From Bacteroidia bacterium (lineage in GTDB: Bacteria; Bacteroidota; Bacteroidia; Bacteroidales; JAPLDU01): 64,000 nt of DNA. Where the stretch lies: assembly GCA_026391255.1 (NCBI GenBank), contig JAPLDU010000087.1:348-64347 (forward strand), read 5' to 3'. The translations under genes were made by a program, and so were the position numbers. Within the stretch, counting starts at the first letter, position 1; each line of letters starts with the position of its first letter. A model generated the notes under the pieces. It did no database searches. It was not told the DNA's origin and saw only the letters and a program-made list of their open reading frames with translations. Positions 18,939-27,496 of this stretch are shown here, piece by piece.

Positions 18939-20591
18939 ATGAAAAAAATATTATTTTTTATATTACTGATAATTATACAACTACAGGTATTTTCTCAATA
19001 TCCGCCCTGGCATTTTATCAATACAGCCGGGAATTCACATATTGTGGGGGTTCCCGATACAATTCCTATCACTATTGATGGATTACAAATGCAACCCGGC
19101 GATTATATCGGAGCATTCTATTATGATGAATCAGGAAACCTGAAATGCGGTACAGGTTCAGGCTCAGCACCTTTTATAGGAGGAATGGTTCTTACTGGTT
19201 CATTCAATGCTGCTACTATTTGGGGATCTGAGCCCGATGTTTCTGATGGGTTTCAAATCGGAGAAGAATTTAAATGGAAAGTTTGGAGAGCCTCGGACGG
19301 CAGTGTATTTGACGCAGAAGTCTCCTACAATCATTCAATACCGGCAATTCCTGATTCCCAGTTTTTTGAACCCAACGGGTTAAGTTTGCTTTCTTCACTT
19401 ATATCATTTAGTATCCCGGGCATTGACATGAGCCTGAATACTATCCTGACACCTCAGTCAGGATGCGGTCAGTTACAGGAACCTGTCTCTGTTCTTCTGG
19501 AAAACCATGATACTGTATTTGCCACCGGATTTGATGTGTCTTATATTTTTATGGGCGATACCATTTCCCATCTGTTTACGGATACCCTCTGGCCTCATAC
19601 CACCGTGGTATATACCTTTTCACAGACGGTTGATATTTCAGTGCCGGGCGATTATTACATTCAGGCATTTGTAAACATGCCTGGGGATGTGAATCCTACC
19701 AACGATGCGAAAGACAAAGATGTAATAGTTTCGTCATTTCCCGTGGTAACCATCGGGGGGGATAAAACCATCTGTGACGGACGGTTCCAGATGATATACA
19801 CAGATTCGCTTTTTACCGCTTATCTCTGGAGCAACGGGAGCACCGACAACAGGATATTTGCTTATGACCAGGGATATTATTCCGTAACAGTTACTGATGC
19901 ATCCGGCTGTCATGCCACCGACAGTATGTTTCTTACCGTTAATCCCAACCCTGTTATTGATTTAGGCCCTGATTCGAGTTTCTGTGAAGGAAACAGCCTG
20001 GATATTTTCATTAACGGGAACTTTGCTAATTATCACTGGAACGATAATACCAGCCTGCCAAACCTGCATGTTACCAATCCCGGAATTTACAGTGTGACTG
20101 TGACCGATCAGAATGGTTGTTCCGCTTCCGACTCCATTCATATTCTTGAGATTCCTTTGCCTGTTCCTGCAATCCATGATACGGTATACACACTATTACC
20201 GGATACACTTTTAAATGCCGGACCAGGCTTCTCTACATACCTGTGGTCAGACGGATCCACCAAACGCACATTACCTGTTAATTACTGGGGAACTTACTCT
20301 GTAACTGTTACTGACCATGATTGTACCGGTTATGGGTCTGTAACTCTGGTACAGGCTGCTTCAAATGCGATTTTCCCTAATCCTGCAATAGGTATCGTTC
20401 ATCTGGTTTTTACCAATGACAGTATCATGCAAGTGAAAATATACAACAGCGTAGGACAAATTGTCCTGAGTTACAGGATAAGTAAAATTAACCGCTACGA
20501 TATTGATTTCAGCGATTTAAGCAAAGGATTATATATCATTGAAATGATGACAGCTCATAGCAAAGTCACAAAAAAACTGATAAAAATTTAA
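18939..20591 (+). CDS. T9SS-secreted protein: N-terminal uncharacterised DYIGAFY/WKxWRASDG domain, CARDB-like module, three YxWSxGST...VTVTDxxGC repeats, T9SS CTD
   Basis: Signal peptide. The domain is shared with the 60155 gene. Repeats YLWSNGSTDN...YYSVTVTDASGC. CTD IFPNPAIGIVHLVF...KGLYIIEMM. Confidence 0.7.
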   Translation: MKKILFFILLIIIQLQVFSQYPPWHFINTAGNSHIVGVPDTIPITIDGLQMQPGDYIGAFYYDESGNLKCGTGSGSAPFIGGMVLTGSFNAATIWGSEPDVSDGFQIGEEFKWKVWRASDGSVFDAEVSYNHSIPAIPDSQFFEPNGLSLLSSLISFSIPGIDMSLNTILTPQSGCGQLQEPVSVLLENHDTVFATGFDVSYIFMGDTISHLFTDTLWPHTTVVYTFSQTVDISVPGDYYIQAFVNMPGDVNPTNDAKDKDVIVSSFPVVTIGGDKTICDGRFQMIYTDSLFTAYLWSNGSTDNRIFAYDQGYYSVTVTDASGCHATDSMFLTVNPNPVIDLGPDSSFCEGNSLDIFINGNFANYHWNDNTSLPNLHVTNPGIYSVTVTDQNGCSASDSIHILEIPLPVPAIHDTVYTLLPDTLLNAGPGFSTYLWSDGSTKRTLPVNYWGTYSVTVTDHDCTGYGSVTLVQAASNAIFPNPAIGIVHLVFTNDSIMQVKIYNSVGQIVLSYRISKINRYDIDFSDLSKGLYIIEMMTAHSKVTKKLIKI

Positions 20592-20593
20592 GG

Positions 20594-20800
20594 GTATCAG
20601 GTATCAGGATGAATAATAAGTTATGAGTTATAAATTATGAGTTATGAGTTATGAGTTTCTAAGTTTCATTAGTCTCCCCATCCCTTAGTCGTTCTATCGC
20701 TTAGTTCGCCCCATCGCTTAGTTCGCCCCATCGCTTAGTTCGCCCCATCGCTTAGTTCGCCCCATCGCTTAGTTCGCCTGGTCTCTTAGTCACTCAGTCA
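20594..20800 (+). repeat. Composite minisatellite, locus 4 (ATCAGGT; TTATGAG x~5; 17-mer ATCGCTTAGTTCGCCCC x4.9; CACTCAGT)
   Basis: Perfect 17-bp tandem copies from 20696 to 20763 plus a partial fifth. The right end overlaps the last codons and stop of the 20790 gene. Confidence 0.9.
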
Positions 20801-22427
20801 GTTCCGGTAACGGATCACTGGTACAACCATCAGGCTTCCTGATATTCAGAAAATTTGAAATAGTCGGTGCAATACTGGTTTGGGACACATGGCGGCTTAC
20901 CGTGACACGGTTAAGTTTCCAACCGTACCAGATCAGCGGAACAGAGGGACAGTCAACTGTCGATATTTCTTCAGGCATATCATTCACTTCAGAACAACCC
21001 GGTTCGAGTAACAGAAAAATATCACCACATCGTTTTGAATAATAATTGGACTGTACAGCCATGAGTCCTGAAATACCGCTCAGACCATTGAAAATCCTGC
21101 GGGAAGGGATAGCCGCTGAAATACCTGAAAATTGCGACATGAACCTTGCTGCTTCTTCCTCAAAATCAGCAAGTGATATTTTCGAATCTTCAATCTGTAT
21201 CTGATTAAGGAATAACTGACGGTTGAAGTACTTCTTCACCCAGTCGCCCGGGTGGTAAACGGCATTTAGGTAAGCTTTTAGCAGGATCATGGCCCTGTCC
21301 GGATCGAAAGTACCGGCTGGAATTTTATTACTGCTGATCAGCTTTGCATCAACCGGTGAGCCATGCATGGAAGTAAGAAATAATACCAGGTTTTCTTTTC
21401 CTACCTGCTCATCCAGGAATTGCAGAAAATGAGCTATTTCCTTATCGAGCCGTAAAAAGGCATCTTCCTTTTCAGCCGATAATTCACCGTACTTACGGCT
21501 GATAAGTCCTGGAGAAGAAAAATTGATGTATAGGATATCCGGATCATTGTCCTTGCCAAGGGTTTCGCTGACAATGGTTTCGAGGGCAAAATCCTTTACA
21601 AGATTATTGCCAAACGGTGTTACAGCCAATGATTCATATGATGTGACTTTAGCTTCATTTTTCCTGAATGAACAGGTGAAATATGCGGGATCCTCCTTAC
21701 ACGGACTATGATCACTCTCAATGCTTTCAGTATAAGCAGCCAATGGTAACAGGGATTTCCATTCTTTATTAAGATACAGGGAGGGTAAGTTCTTTCTGTT
21801 AAACCCGGCAGCCCAGGATGGAATATTTTCCATGTAATATGTGTTGCTTATCCAGCAGCCGGTGGAAAAGTCGAACCACCATACTTCATCGGCAGCATGC
21901 CCGCCTAATATTACGGAGGTTTCAGGAAAGAGGGAAATACTGATCACACGTGATTTGTTCCTGCCTGATAATTTCATCTCATCACCGGTGGTTTTGCTTA
22001 CCAGGTTGGCAGGGGAATATGATTTAATTGCCGGACTGCTTCCGACCGGTTGATAATTCCCGGTTTCACAACAGTTAACTATTTTATTCATGGTTGGATC
22101 ATACCATGAATCCGATACGATACCATGTACCTGAGGGTTACAGCCGGTAGCTATGGTTGCTGCACCGGCTGCAGTACCGGTAAGCAGGTAATCATATTCA
22201 GCGTTTTTATAATTGCCTCCTTCGTTTACCAGTCTTTTAAAACCGTTATCATCCAATTTATCCCAGTAGCGGTATAATTCATCACTGTTCATCTGCTCAA
22301 TAATCAGTCCGATCACAAGCCTGGGCTTTTCAGGGGGAATACGCTTCTGAGCACCGGCAGTCAGAGAAAATACAGTGATCAGGAAAATGGTGAAAAAAAC
22401 TGATGTCCGGCCGGCAGGTATTTGCAT
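20790..22427 (-). CDS. Alkaline phosphatase superfamily protein (nucleotide pyrophosphatase/phosphodiesterase-like), secreted
   Basis: Start chosen at the Met giving a signal-like MQIPAGRTSVFFTIFLITVFSLTAGAQ. Motif TGTAAGAATIATGCNPQVHGIVSDSWYD is typical of the family. The track ORF's 5' extension runs into the MITE. Confidence 0.7.
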   Translation of the reverse strand: MQIPAGRTSVFFTIFLITVFSLTAGAQKRIPPEKPRLVIGLIIEQMNSDELYRYWDKLDDNGFKRLVNEGGNYKNAEYDYLLTGTAAGAATIATGCNPQVHGIVSDSWYDPTMNKIVNCCETGNYQPVGSSPAIKSYSPANLVSKTTGDEMKLSGRNKSRVISISLFPETSVILGGHAADEVWWFDFSTGCWISNTYYMENIPSWAAGFNRKNLPSLYLNKEWKSLLPLAAYTESIESDHSPCKEDPAYFTCSFRKNEAKVTSYESLAVTPFGNNLVKDFALETIVSETLGKDNDPDILYINFSSPGLISRKYGELSAEKEDAFLRLDKEIAHFLQFLDEQVGKENLVLFLTSMHGSPVDAKLISSNKIPAGTFDPDRAMILLKAYLNAVYHPGDWVKKYFNRQLFLNQIQIEDSKISLADFEEEAARFMSQFSGISAAIPSRRIFNGLSGISGLMAVQSNYYSKRCGDIFLLLEPGCSEVNDMPEEISTVDCPSVPLIWYGWKLNRVTVSRHVSQTSIAPTISNFLNIRKPDGCTSDPLPELTE

Positions 22428-22453
22428 ATTATGAAAGTATTTGTAAATTACCA

Positions 22454-22651
22454 TCTTATTCCTGAAATCTTGACGCGTTTTGGCAAAAAATTCCAAAAGA
22501 CAAAAGACAAATAACAAATAATAAACAATATCAAAATTTCAAATACAAAACAGACTATTTTGAATTTGTCATTTTGTTGATTGATATTTATTTGTAATTT
22601 GTATTTTGAGATTTGTGATTTCTTGTTTGGTTCTGGCTTGTCCAGGTTAGG
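22454..22651 (+). mobile_element. MITE-like element family 1, copy 1 (~200 bp, long A/C-rich then T/G-rich hairpin arms)
   Basis: Conserved ends cttatt.ctgaaatcttgacgcgttttggcaaaaaattccaaaa ... gagatttgtgatttcttgtttggttctggct.gtccaggttagg are shared by 4 copies. Confidence 0.85.
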
Positions 22652-22711
22652 GTTTAATGCTATTTGAATAATTGAACAGACGAACAATTGAACATTCGAA
22701 CATCTGAACAA

Positions 22712-23950
22712 TCAGAAAAAATAATATACAGCCAGCAGTGCCCGCAGGTTGCCGACTTCCTTGGTATTCAGTACTTTTCCCTGGGGATCGGAATGGCCAT
22801 AGGCAGCAACAGTATATTCCAGTTCGCCTGCAAACCGCATCCTGCCTGAGTTGACAATAATACGCGGAGATATTCTGTACAAGTATTTTATATCTATACC
22901 ACGGATGAAATCACCACCGGTAAAATAATCTACAGCTCCCAGGTTTTCAGTGTACCCAAGGAACAAACCTCCCTGTATCTTTTCGCCGTTTGTATTCATA
23001 TCTGCCCATACAGAAAAGCAGTTAATGGTAGTGTATTCAAGGTCATTGTGATTAATTCTGATGGTATCGTTGGGATCGGGAGTTTTAAAGGCATATCCTC
23101 CGAGCATGGTCAGGTCATAGAGATTCTGACCGGTCACTCCCATACATTTGAAAGTGAGAAAAGGTGACTTATATTTGAGATAAGCCAAATATGAAATTCC
23201 TTTAACTTTTTCCCGGGTCATATAAAAGCTGTCGGTTTCAAGCCGGGGTAAAAGTTCCTTGTATCCACCGCCAATACCGGCCAGAAATTCAGTTCCTGTT
23301 TCTTTGTCGGTGAGTTTATATTGCAGTTGAAGCTGAATATCCGGTAACCCTGAGTTTCTCAGGGACGCAGATCCTCCGGGGCTGGTAAAATCACGCTGTG
23401 AGAGTAAGGCAGCAAGAAATGTGATATCACCTAATGACTGGTTCAGCCTGATTTGCGGGTTTCGGGAATAAGGCTGGAAAGGAGCTCCGTTATTGAAGGA
23501 AATTACTCCGGGCATACAATCGGTATTGAACATCGGGTGCCATGTCTGACCAATGAGTAATTCTGTAGTTTTCCAGTTCAGTTTTACATATGCTTGTCTC
23601 AGACTGAATGTATTGATGCCGGCATCTGAGGTACCGGAATATTCACCTTCTATCAATGCAGAAGTCTTTGCCCCGAAAGCATCAGGACCGGTGATATTAC
23701 CGGTAATTCCTGATTGGATGGAAAGCATATTGAAACCGGCTGTTGCATTTGCATCTTTACCATTCACATCAAGTAATTCGTTCCTGGGATACAACAGGAA
23801 CTCACCCTCACGAAAGTTCACAGTCTGACGGCTGTCAAAGAAAATATCATTTTTCACATAGCCGCTGAAACTGATCCCGAACTTTTTTTCTTCCTGCGAA
23901 AACAGCCAGAGCGGAAGCATAAAAACAATAATAAAAAATAGTTTTTTCAT
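22712..23950 (-). CDS. Outer-membrane porin-like beta-barrel protein
   Basis: Signal peptide MKKLFFIIVFMLPLWLFSQ. Long alternating-strand pattern. C-terminal LLAVYYFF (aromatic terminal residue typical of OMPs). Confidence 0.6.
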   Translation of the reverse strand: MKKLFFIIVFMLPLWLFSQEEKKFGISFSGYVKNDIFFDSRQTVNFREGEFLLYPRNELLDVNGKDANATAGFNMLSIQSGITGNITGPDAFGAKTSALIEGEYSGTSDAGINTFSLRQAYVKLNWKTTELLIGQTWHPMFNTDCMPGVISFNNGAPFQPYSRNPQIRLNQSLGDITFLAALLSQRDFTSPGGSASLRNSGLPDIQLQLQYKLTDKETGTEFLAGIGGGYKELLPRLETDSFYMTREKVKGISYLAYLKYKSPFLTFKCMGVTGQNLYDLTMLGGYAFKTPDPNDTIRINHNDLEYTTINCFSVWADMNTNGEKIQGGLFLGYTENLGAVDYFTGGDFIRGIDIKYLYRISPRIIVNSGRMRFAGELEYTVAAYGHSDPQGKVLNTKEVGNLRALLAVYYFF

Positions 23951-24036
23951 CATTAATAGTTTATTGGTTATTTGAATTGATTGCAATTGCGTCTGTTGCG
24001 TTTTTAGCGTTAAATAAATAGGAATGTCAGGTCAAT

Positions 24037-24771
24037 TCATGATTTTGACCTGCGGAACCGTGTCCTGGTTTTGGCATCCATCTTTTCCGTTGCATATTGT
24101 ATGATCAGGCGGGGAGCAGTATCTTTCCATTTGTACAGGAAATCTTCGGTCAGAACGGGATGTATTTTCCATGCCTCGCGCAGGAACCAACCCATTCCCT
24201 GGTGAACCACTCTCTCTTTGTCCATCATCAGTGGTTCGGTGAGTTTAAGGAGTTGACCGCATTCAGCTCCAGATTTTAAATGTTTGATCAGGCTTACCGG
24301 GACAGCCCTTCTCCTGAACCTGGATGCAGAGGTGACCCAATCACTGAAATCTATCGGAACAATTATTGATTTTTTCAGGAATACAGATAATATATCACCG
24401 CAAATGGCATCGCAATGGGCCCAGTTGTTTACCCCGTGTTCAAACCATGAAGCAATCCCCTGAAAAACCGTTTTATCATATTTTTTTGGTATTGACCGCA
24501 ACAGGCAGAGTGCCATGGAACCTTCTTCATACCTGCCATTACGGAATAAGTGGTCACCCGCCCTGAGGATGACTTCAGGGATCAGATCATTGTTATCGAG
24601 AATTCCGGCACATTCCTGTTCCAATAGTTCCCGGGATACCCCCCAGGCATTGTATTCTTCCTTAAAATACCGGGAGTACTTTTTTACCAGTGCAATATCT
24701 CCGTGAGTACTGCAGAAAGCATTTATTTCAGCCGATAATTGATGTTCATTCATAACCGGAATTGAAATCAA
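24037..24771 (-). CDS. DNA alkylation repair enzyme family (AlkD-like HEAT-repeat) protein
   Basis: NWAHCDAICGDIL, RFRRRAVPVSLI and HQGMGWFLREAWKIHP...FL resemble conserved blocks of the PF08713-type family. Overlaps the upstream fnr-like gene by 4 nt. Confidence 0.6.
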   Translation of the reverse strand: MISIPVMNEHQLSAEINAFCSTHGDIALVKKYSRYFKEEYNAWGVSRELLEQECAGILDNNDLIPEVILRAGDHLFRNGRYEEGSMALCLLRSIPKKYDKTVFQGIASWFEHGVNNWAHCDAICGDILSVFLKKSIIVPIDFSDWVTSASRFRRRAVPVSLIKHLKSGAECGQLLKLTEPLMMDKERVVHQGMGWFLREAWKIHPVLTEDFLYKWKDTAPRLIIQYATEKMDAKTRTRFRRSKS

Positions 24772-25445
24772 CCTGCAATGCTGATCTTCTCAAGACGCTG
24801 AAAGTCAACTATCTCAATTTCTTTATTGTTAATGTTGATGATGCCTTCGTTCTTGAACTCGATGAGTATCCGGGTGGTCCATTCTTTTGAAAGTCCGGCC
24901 AGTTCAGACAGCTCCTGCCTGGTAAGTACCATATTAAATAAGGGTTTCTGAAAAACAGCTTTTGATAAATACAGCAGTGATTCTGCAATCCTTCCATGCA
25001 TCTGTTTACTTGACAGACTCATGAACTTATTATAAATACCAATGGTTCTTATTGAAAAATCCCTGATGAACTCATTGGCAAATAACCTGTTTTTATAGAC
25101 TAATTCCTTGAATGCTTCCATCTCGATCATACAGGCGCTGGAATCAGTCAGGGTTGCCAGGGAAAAGTGATGTTTTTTATCAACGTACATTCCAGGTCCT
25201 GCAATTAATTCAAAGGGTTGAATAATTTTGAGGATCAGGTCCCTTGAATTATACCCTTCCAGGTAAATCTTGGAAAGACCGGATGTGAGGATTAAAACAT
25301 GAGTGGAAGGTGACCCTTGTTTGAAAACCACTTCTTTTGCATGATACCTGACTTCAATTTTATTTTTCATGATCATTTCCAGGTCTTCAGGATTTAACAA
25401 CCTGAAAACAGAACACTTGGAAACACAATCAGTACAATATTCCAT
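24768..25445 (-). CDS. Crp/FNR family transcriptional regulator with N-terminal Cys triad (FNR-type Fe-S sensor candidate)
   Basis: cNMP-binding-like beta-roll. C-terminal HTH RQELSELAGLSKEWTTRILIEFKNEG. Cys4/7/11 (CTDCVSKC) plus Cys in SSACMIEME, at the position of E. coli FNR Cys122. Confidence 0.8.
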   Translation of the reverse strand: MEYCTDCVSKCSVFRLLNPEDLEMIMKNKIEVRYHAKEVVFKQGSPSTHVLILTSGLSKIYLEGYNSRDLILKIIQPFELIAGPGMYVDKKHHFSLATLTDSSACMIEMEAFKELVYKNRLFANEFIRDFSIRTIGIYNKFMSLSSKQMHGRIAESLLYLSKAVFQKPLFNMVLTRQELSELAGLSKEWTTRILIEFKNEGIININNKEIEIVDFQRLEKISIAG

Positions 25446-25458
25446 TCACTAAATACGA

Positions 25459-25472
25459 TTGATAAAGAACAA
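25459..25472. promoter_or_regulatory. FNR/CRP-type palindrome candidate TTGAT-AAAG-AACAA
   Basis: 9/10 match to TTGAT-N4-ATCAA, 14 bp upstream of the fnr-like start codon. Confidence 0.3.
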
Positions 25473-25494
25473 AATAACAGGTAATTACTATATA

Positions 25495-25656
25495 GTCTGT
25501 CCATTATTATATTAAATATTTTGATTGACGAATATCGATTAACGATTTTAGATTTTTGACGTTATCATTAAATCAGATGATTACACATACTTCATAAATC
25601 AAAAATCGTTGATCCTTGTTCTTAAATCAAAAAAGAACGACTTTAAAGACAAACAC
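25495..25656 (+). mobile_element. MITE-like element family 2, copy B, flanked by 6-bp direct repeat TATATA
   Basis: Imperfect terminal inverted repeats gtctgtcc.../...gacaaacac. TATATA at 25489-25494 and 25657-25662. Internal TTGAC-GAAT-ATCGA at 25535-25548. Confidence 0.8.
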
Positions 25657-25879
25657 TATATAGTTATTTTCAGCAGCAAAATTAATAAGATTTACAAAAA
25701 AATGACATATGTTCTGGTTTTTTATGAAATCGATCAAGCTTATCACAAAATAATCCATTAAAACCAGTAACAAATATTCATATTTCATTATGTAGATATA
25801 TAGAAGTTAGTTATATTTTTACCGCTCAGATTTTTCAATAGAATTTATACAGAAAATTATTAATTTAATACCTTAAAAA

Positions 25880-26962
25880 ATGAGAAGGATTTTATACCTG
25901 GTTTTAGCCAATGCTGTGATGTTGCTGATGGTTTATTCATTTTCAGCGTCATTGTCAAGCTGTACAAAAGAAGGACCTACCGGAGCAAATGGTCAGAACG
26001 GAACTGATGCAAATTCATGGTGTGTGATGTGTCATACTACTGCAAACATGGATGCGGTTCAAGCAGAATATGTCACATCAAAACATGGTATTGCTGCAAC
26101 AGTTGCTGAAGGCAACCGCAATACATGCGCAGCATGTCACTCCAACGAAGGATTCAATGAAGTATGGAGAACCGGATGGGATACCACGGCTGTTAATAAT
26201 GCCATTGCCACCCCGATTGGTTGTCCGACATGTCACGGTGGTGTTCATTTGAATTTTGACACTACCCAGGGATTCGACTATGCTCTTCAGTTTACTGATC
26301 CATTCAGGGAGAGGTTCGATTCATCAACGATCAGTAACCTGCATGGAACCAGCTACCTGTGTGCAAAATGTCACCAGGCAAGACTTCCATCTCCATTCCC
26401 TACATCACTGTTACTGACCGATTCACTTAAGCCTTCCAGTTACCGTTACGGAACCCATTATGGTGTTATGGCAAATATGTTGTCAGGTCAGGGCCCCTTC
26501 AAATTCCCCGGTAGTTTGCCTTATGATAATGATCAGCATACCTCTGTTGCCCAGTGTGCTGACTGCCACATGGCAAAAGCAAACGGAACCCAGTCAGGAG
26601 GCCATACCTGGAGAATGAAAAATGACGATGGCAGCGAACATCTTGATGGTTGCAAAAAATGTCACCCCAGCGCTACAAGTTTTGATATCAACGGCAAACA
26701 GACTGAAATCGCCGCCCTGATCAAACAACTGGGAGATAAACTCCACGCCATTACCGTTAATGGAGTTACTTTACTTGAAGTTGACAATACTGGTGCATAT
26801 ACAGGTCAGATATGGCCAAGTACTACTACAGCTGTTATGATACCTAACAAATATGCTGCAGCAATGCTCAATTTCCAGTTTGCCATGAGAGACAAGAGTA
26901 ACGGAGTTCATAATTATAAATTTACCAAAGCTTTACTTCAGAATACAATCGATGCCATATAA
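25880..26962 (+). CDS. Hexahaem c-type cytochrome lipoprotein
   Basis: Lipobox SLSSC. Six CXXCH motifs (CVMCH, CAACH, CPTCH, CAKCH, CADCH, CKKCH). Gly-rich GPTGANGQNGTD linker after the lipid Cys. C-terminal NFQFAMRDKSNGVHNYKF helix resembles the NrfA/multihaem-family ENSxGFHN element. No CXXCK. Confidence 0.85.
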   Translation: MRRILYLVLANAVMLLMVYSFSASLSSCTKEGPTGANGQNGTDANSWCVMCHTTANMDAVQAEYVTSKHGIAATVAEGNRNTCAACHSNEGFNEVWRTGWDTTAVNNAIATPIGCPTCHGGVHLNFDTTQGFDYALQFTDPFRERFDSSTISNLHGTSYLCAKCHQARLPSPFPTSLLLTDSLKPSSYRYGTHYGVMANMLSGQGPFKFPGSLPYDNDQHTSVAQCADCHMAKANGTQSGGHTWRMKNDDGSEHLDGCKKCHPSATSFDINGKQTEIAALIKQLGDKLHAITVNGVTLLEVDNTGAYTGQIWPSTTTAVMIPNKYAAAMLNFQFAMRDKSNGVHNYKFTKALLQNTIDAI

Positions 26963-26983
26963 TCTGAAAGTACAATAATAAAA

Positions 26984-27017
26984 AAGGCTTTAGCTTACCG
27001 AAGTTAAAGCCTTTTTC
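26984..27017 (+). terminator. Rho-independent terminator-like hairpin after the hexahaem gene
   Basis: 13-bp stem aaggctttagctt / aagttaaagcctt (one G-U pair), loop accg, followed by tttcattt. Confidence 0.55.
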
Positions 27018-27053
27018 ATTTAACTATTAATTTGATAAAAAAAACTTACTAAA

Positions 27054-27413
27054 ATGAAGAAATATAGATACTTAATTCTGTTTGTATTCATATTACCGGT
27101 GATAATTGTGTCCTGCGAATATGAATTTGTTCAGCCGATAAAGGTCACACTGCCTAATAGTGTCAGCTATGCTACTGATATTGCACCTATTTTTGATGCA
27201 AATTGTACGGCTTGTCATAATGGCAGTTATAAGTTTGATCTCCATACAGCAAATTCTTACAACAACCTGAAAAATGGCGGTTATATCACTCCGCCTGATG
27301 CTACCTGCCAGCTTTATGTAAATGTAAGTACCGGCCATAGCGGTGTTGAACTCAGCGCTGCCGACAAAGCATTAATTCTTAAATGGCTTCAGGACGGCGC
27401 TCTGAATAATTAA
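27054..27413 (+). CDS. Small monohaem cytochrome c lipoprotein (PSCyt1-like domain)
   Basis: Lipobox IIVSC followed by EYE. Single CTACH inside the pattern IAPIFDANCTACH...LILKWLQDGA, reminiscent of the Planctomycete cytochrome C (PSCyt1) domain. Confidence 0.7.
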   Translation: MKKYRYLILFVFILPVIIVSCEYEFVQPIKVTLPNSVSYATDIAPIFDANCTACHNGSYKFDLHTANSYNNLKNGGYITPPDATCQLYVNVSTGHSGVELSAADKALILKWLQDGALNN

Positions 27414-27496
27414 TTTCAGAAGAATAAATAATGTCAATTATTAACAATTGCCTGACTATGATGGAAAATCAGCAGCCGGGCTATAAAGATATTAAA

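Noticed and set aside
22448-22711. ORFs lying inside MITE family 1 copies (22448-22711, 30896-31087, 31018-31350, 43755-44045)
   Set aside because: Their sequence is the repeated element itself (NKKSQISKYK-type strings recur in several copies). They are short and low-complexity and are read in whichever frame is open, so they are not genes.
25880-26962. Calling the hexahaem protein a nitrite reductase (NrfA) or hydroxylamine oxidoreductase
   Set aside because: There is no CXXCK or other atypical active-site haem motif, it has six rather than five or eight haems, and it is a lipoprotein. Only the C-terminal helix resembles the family.
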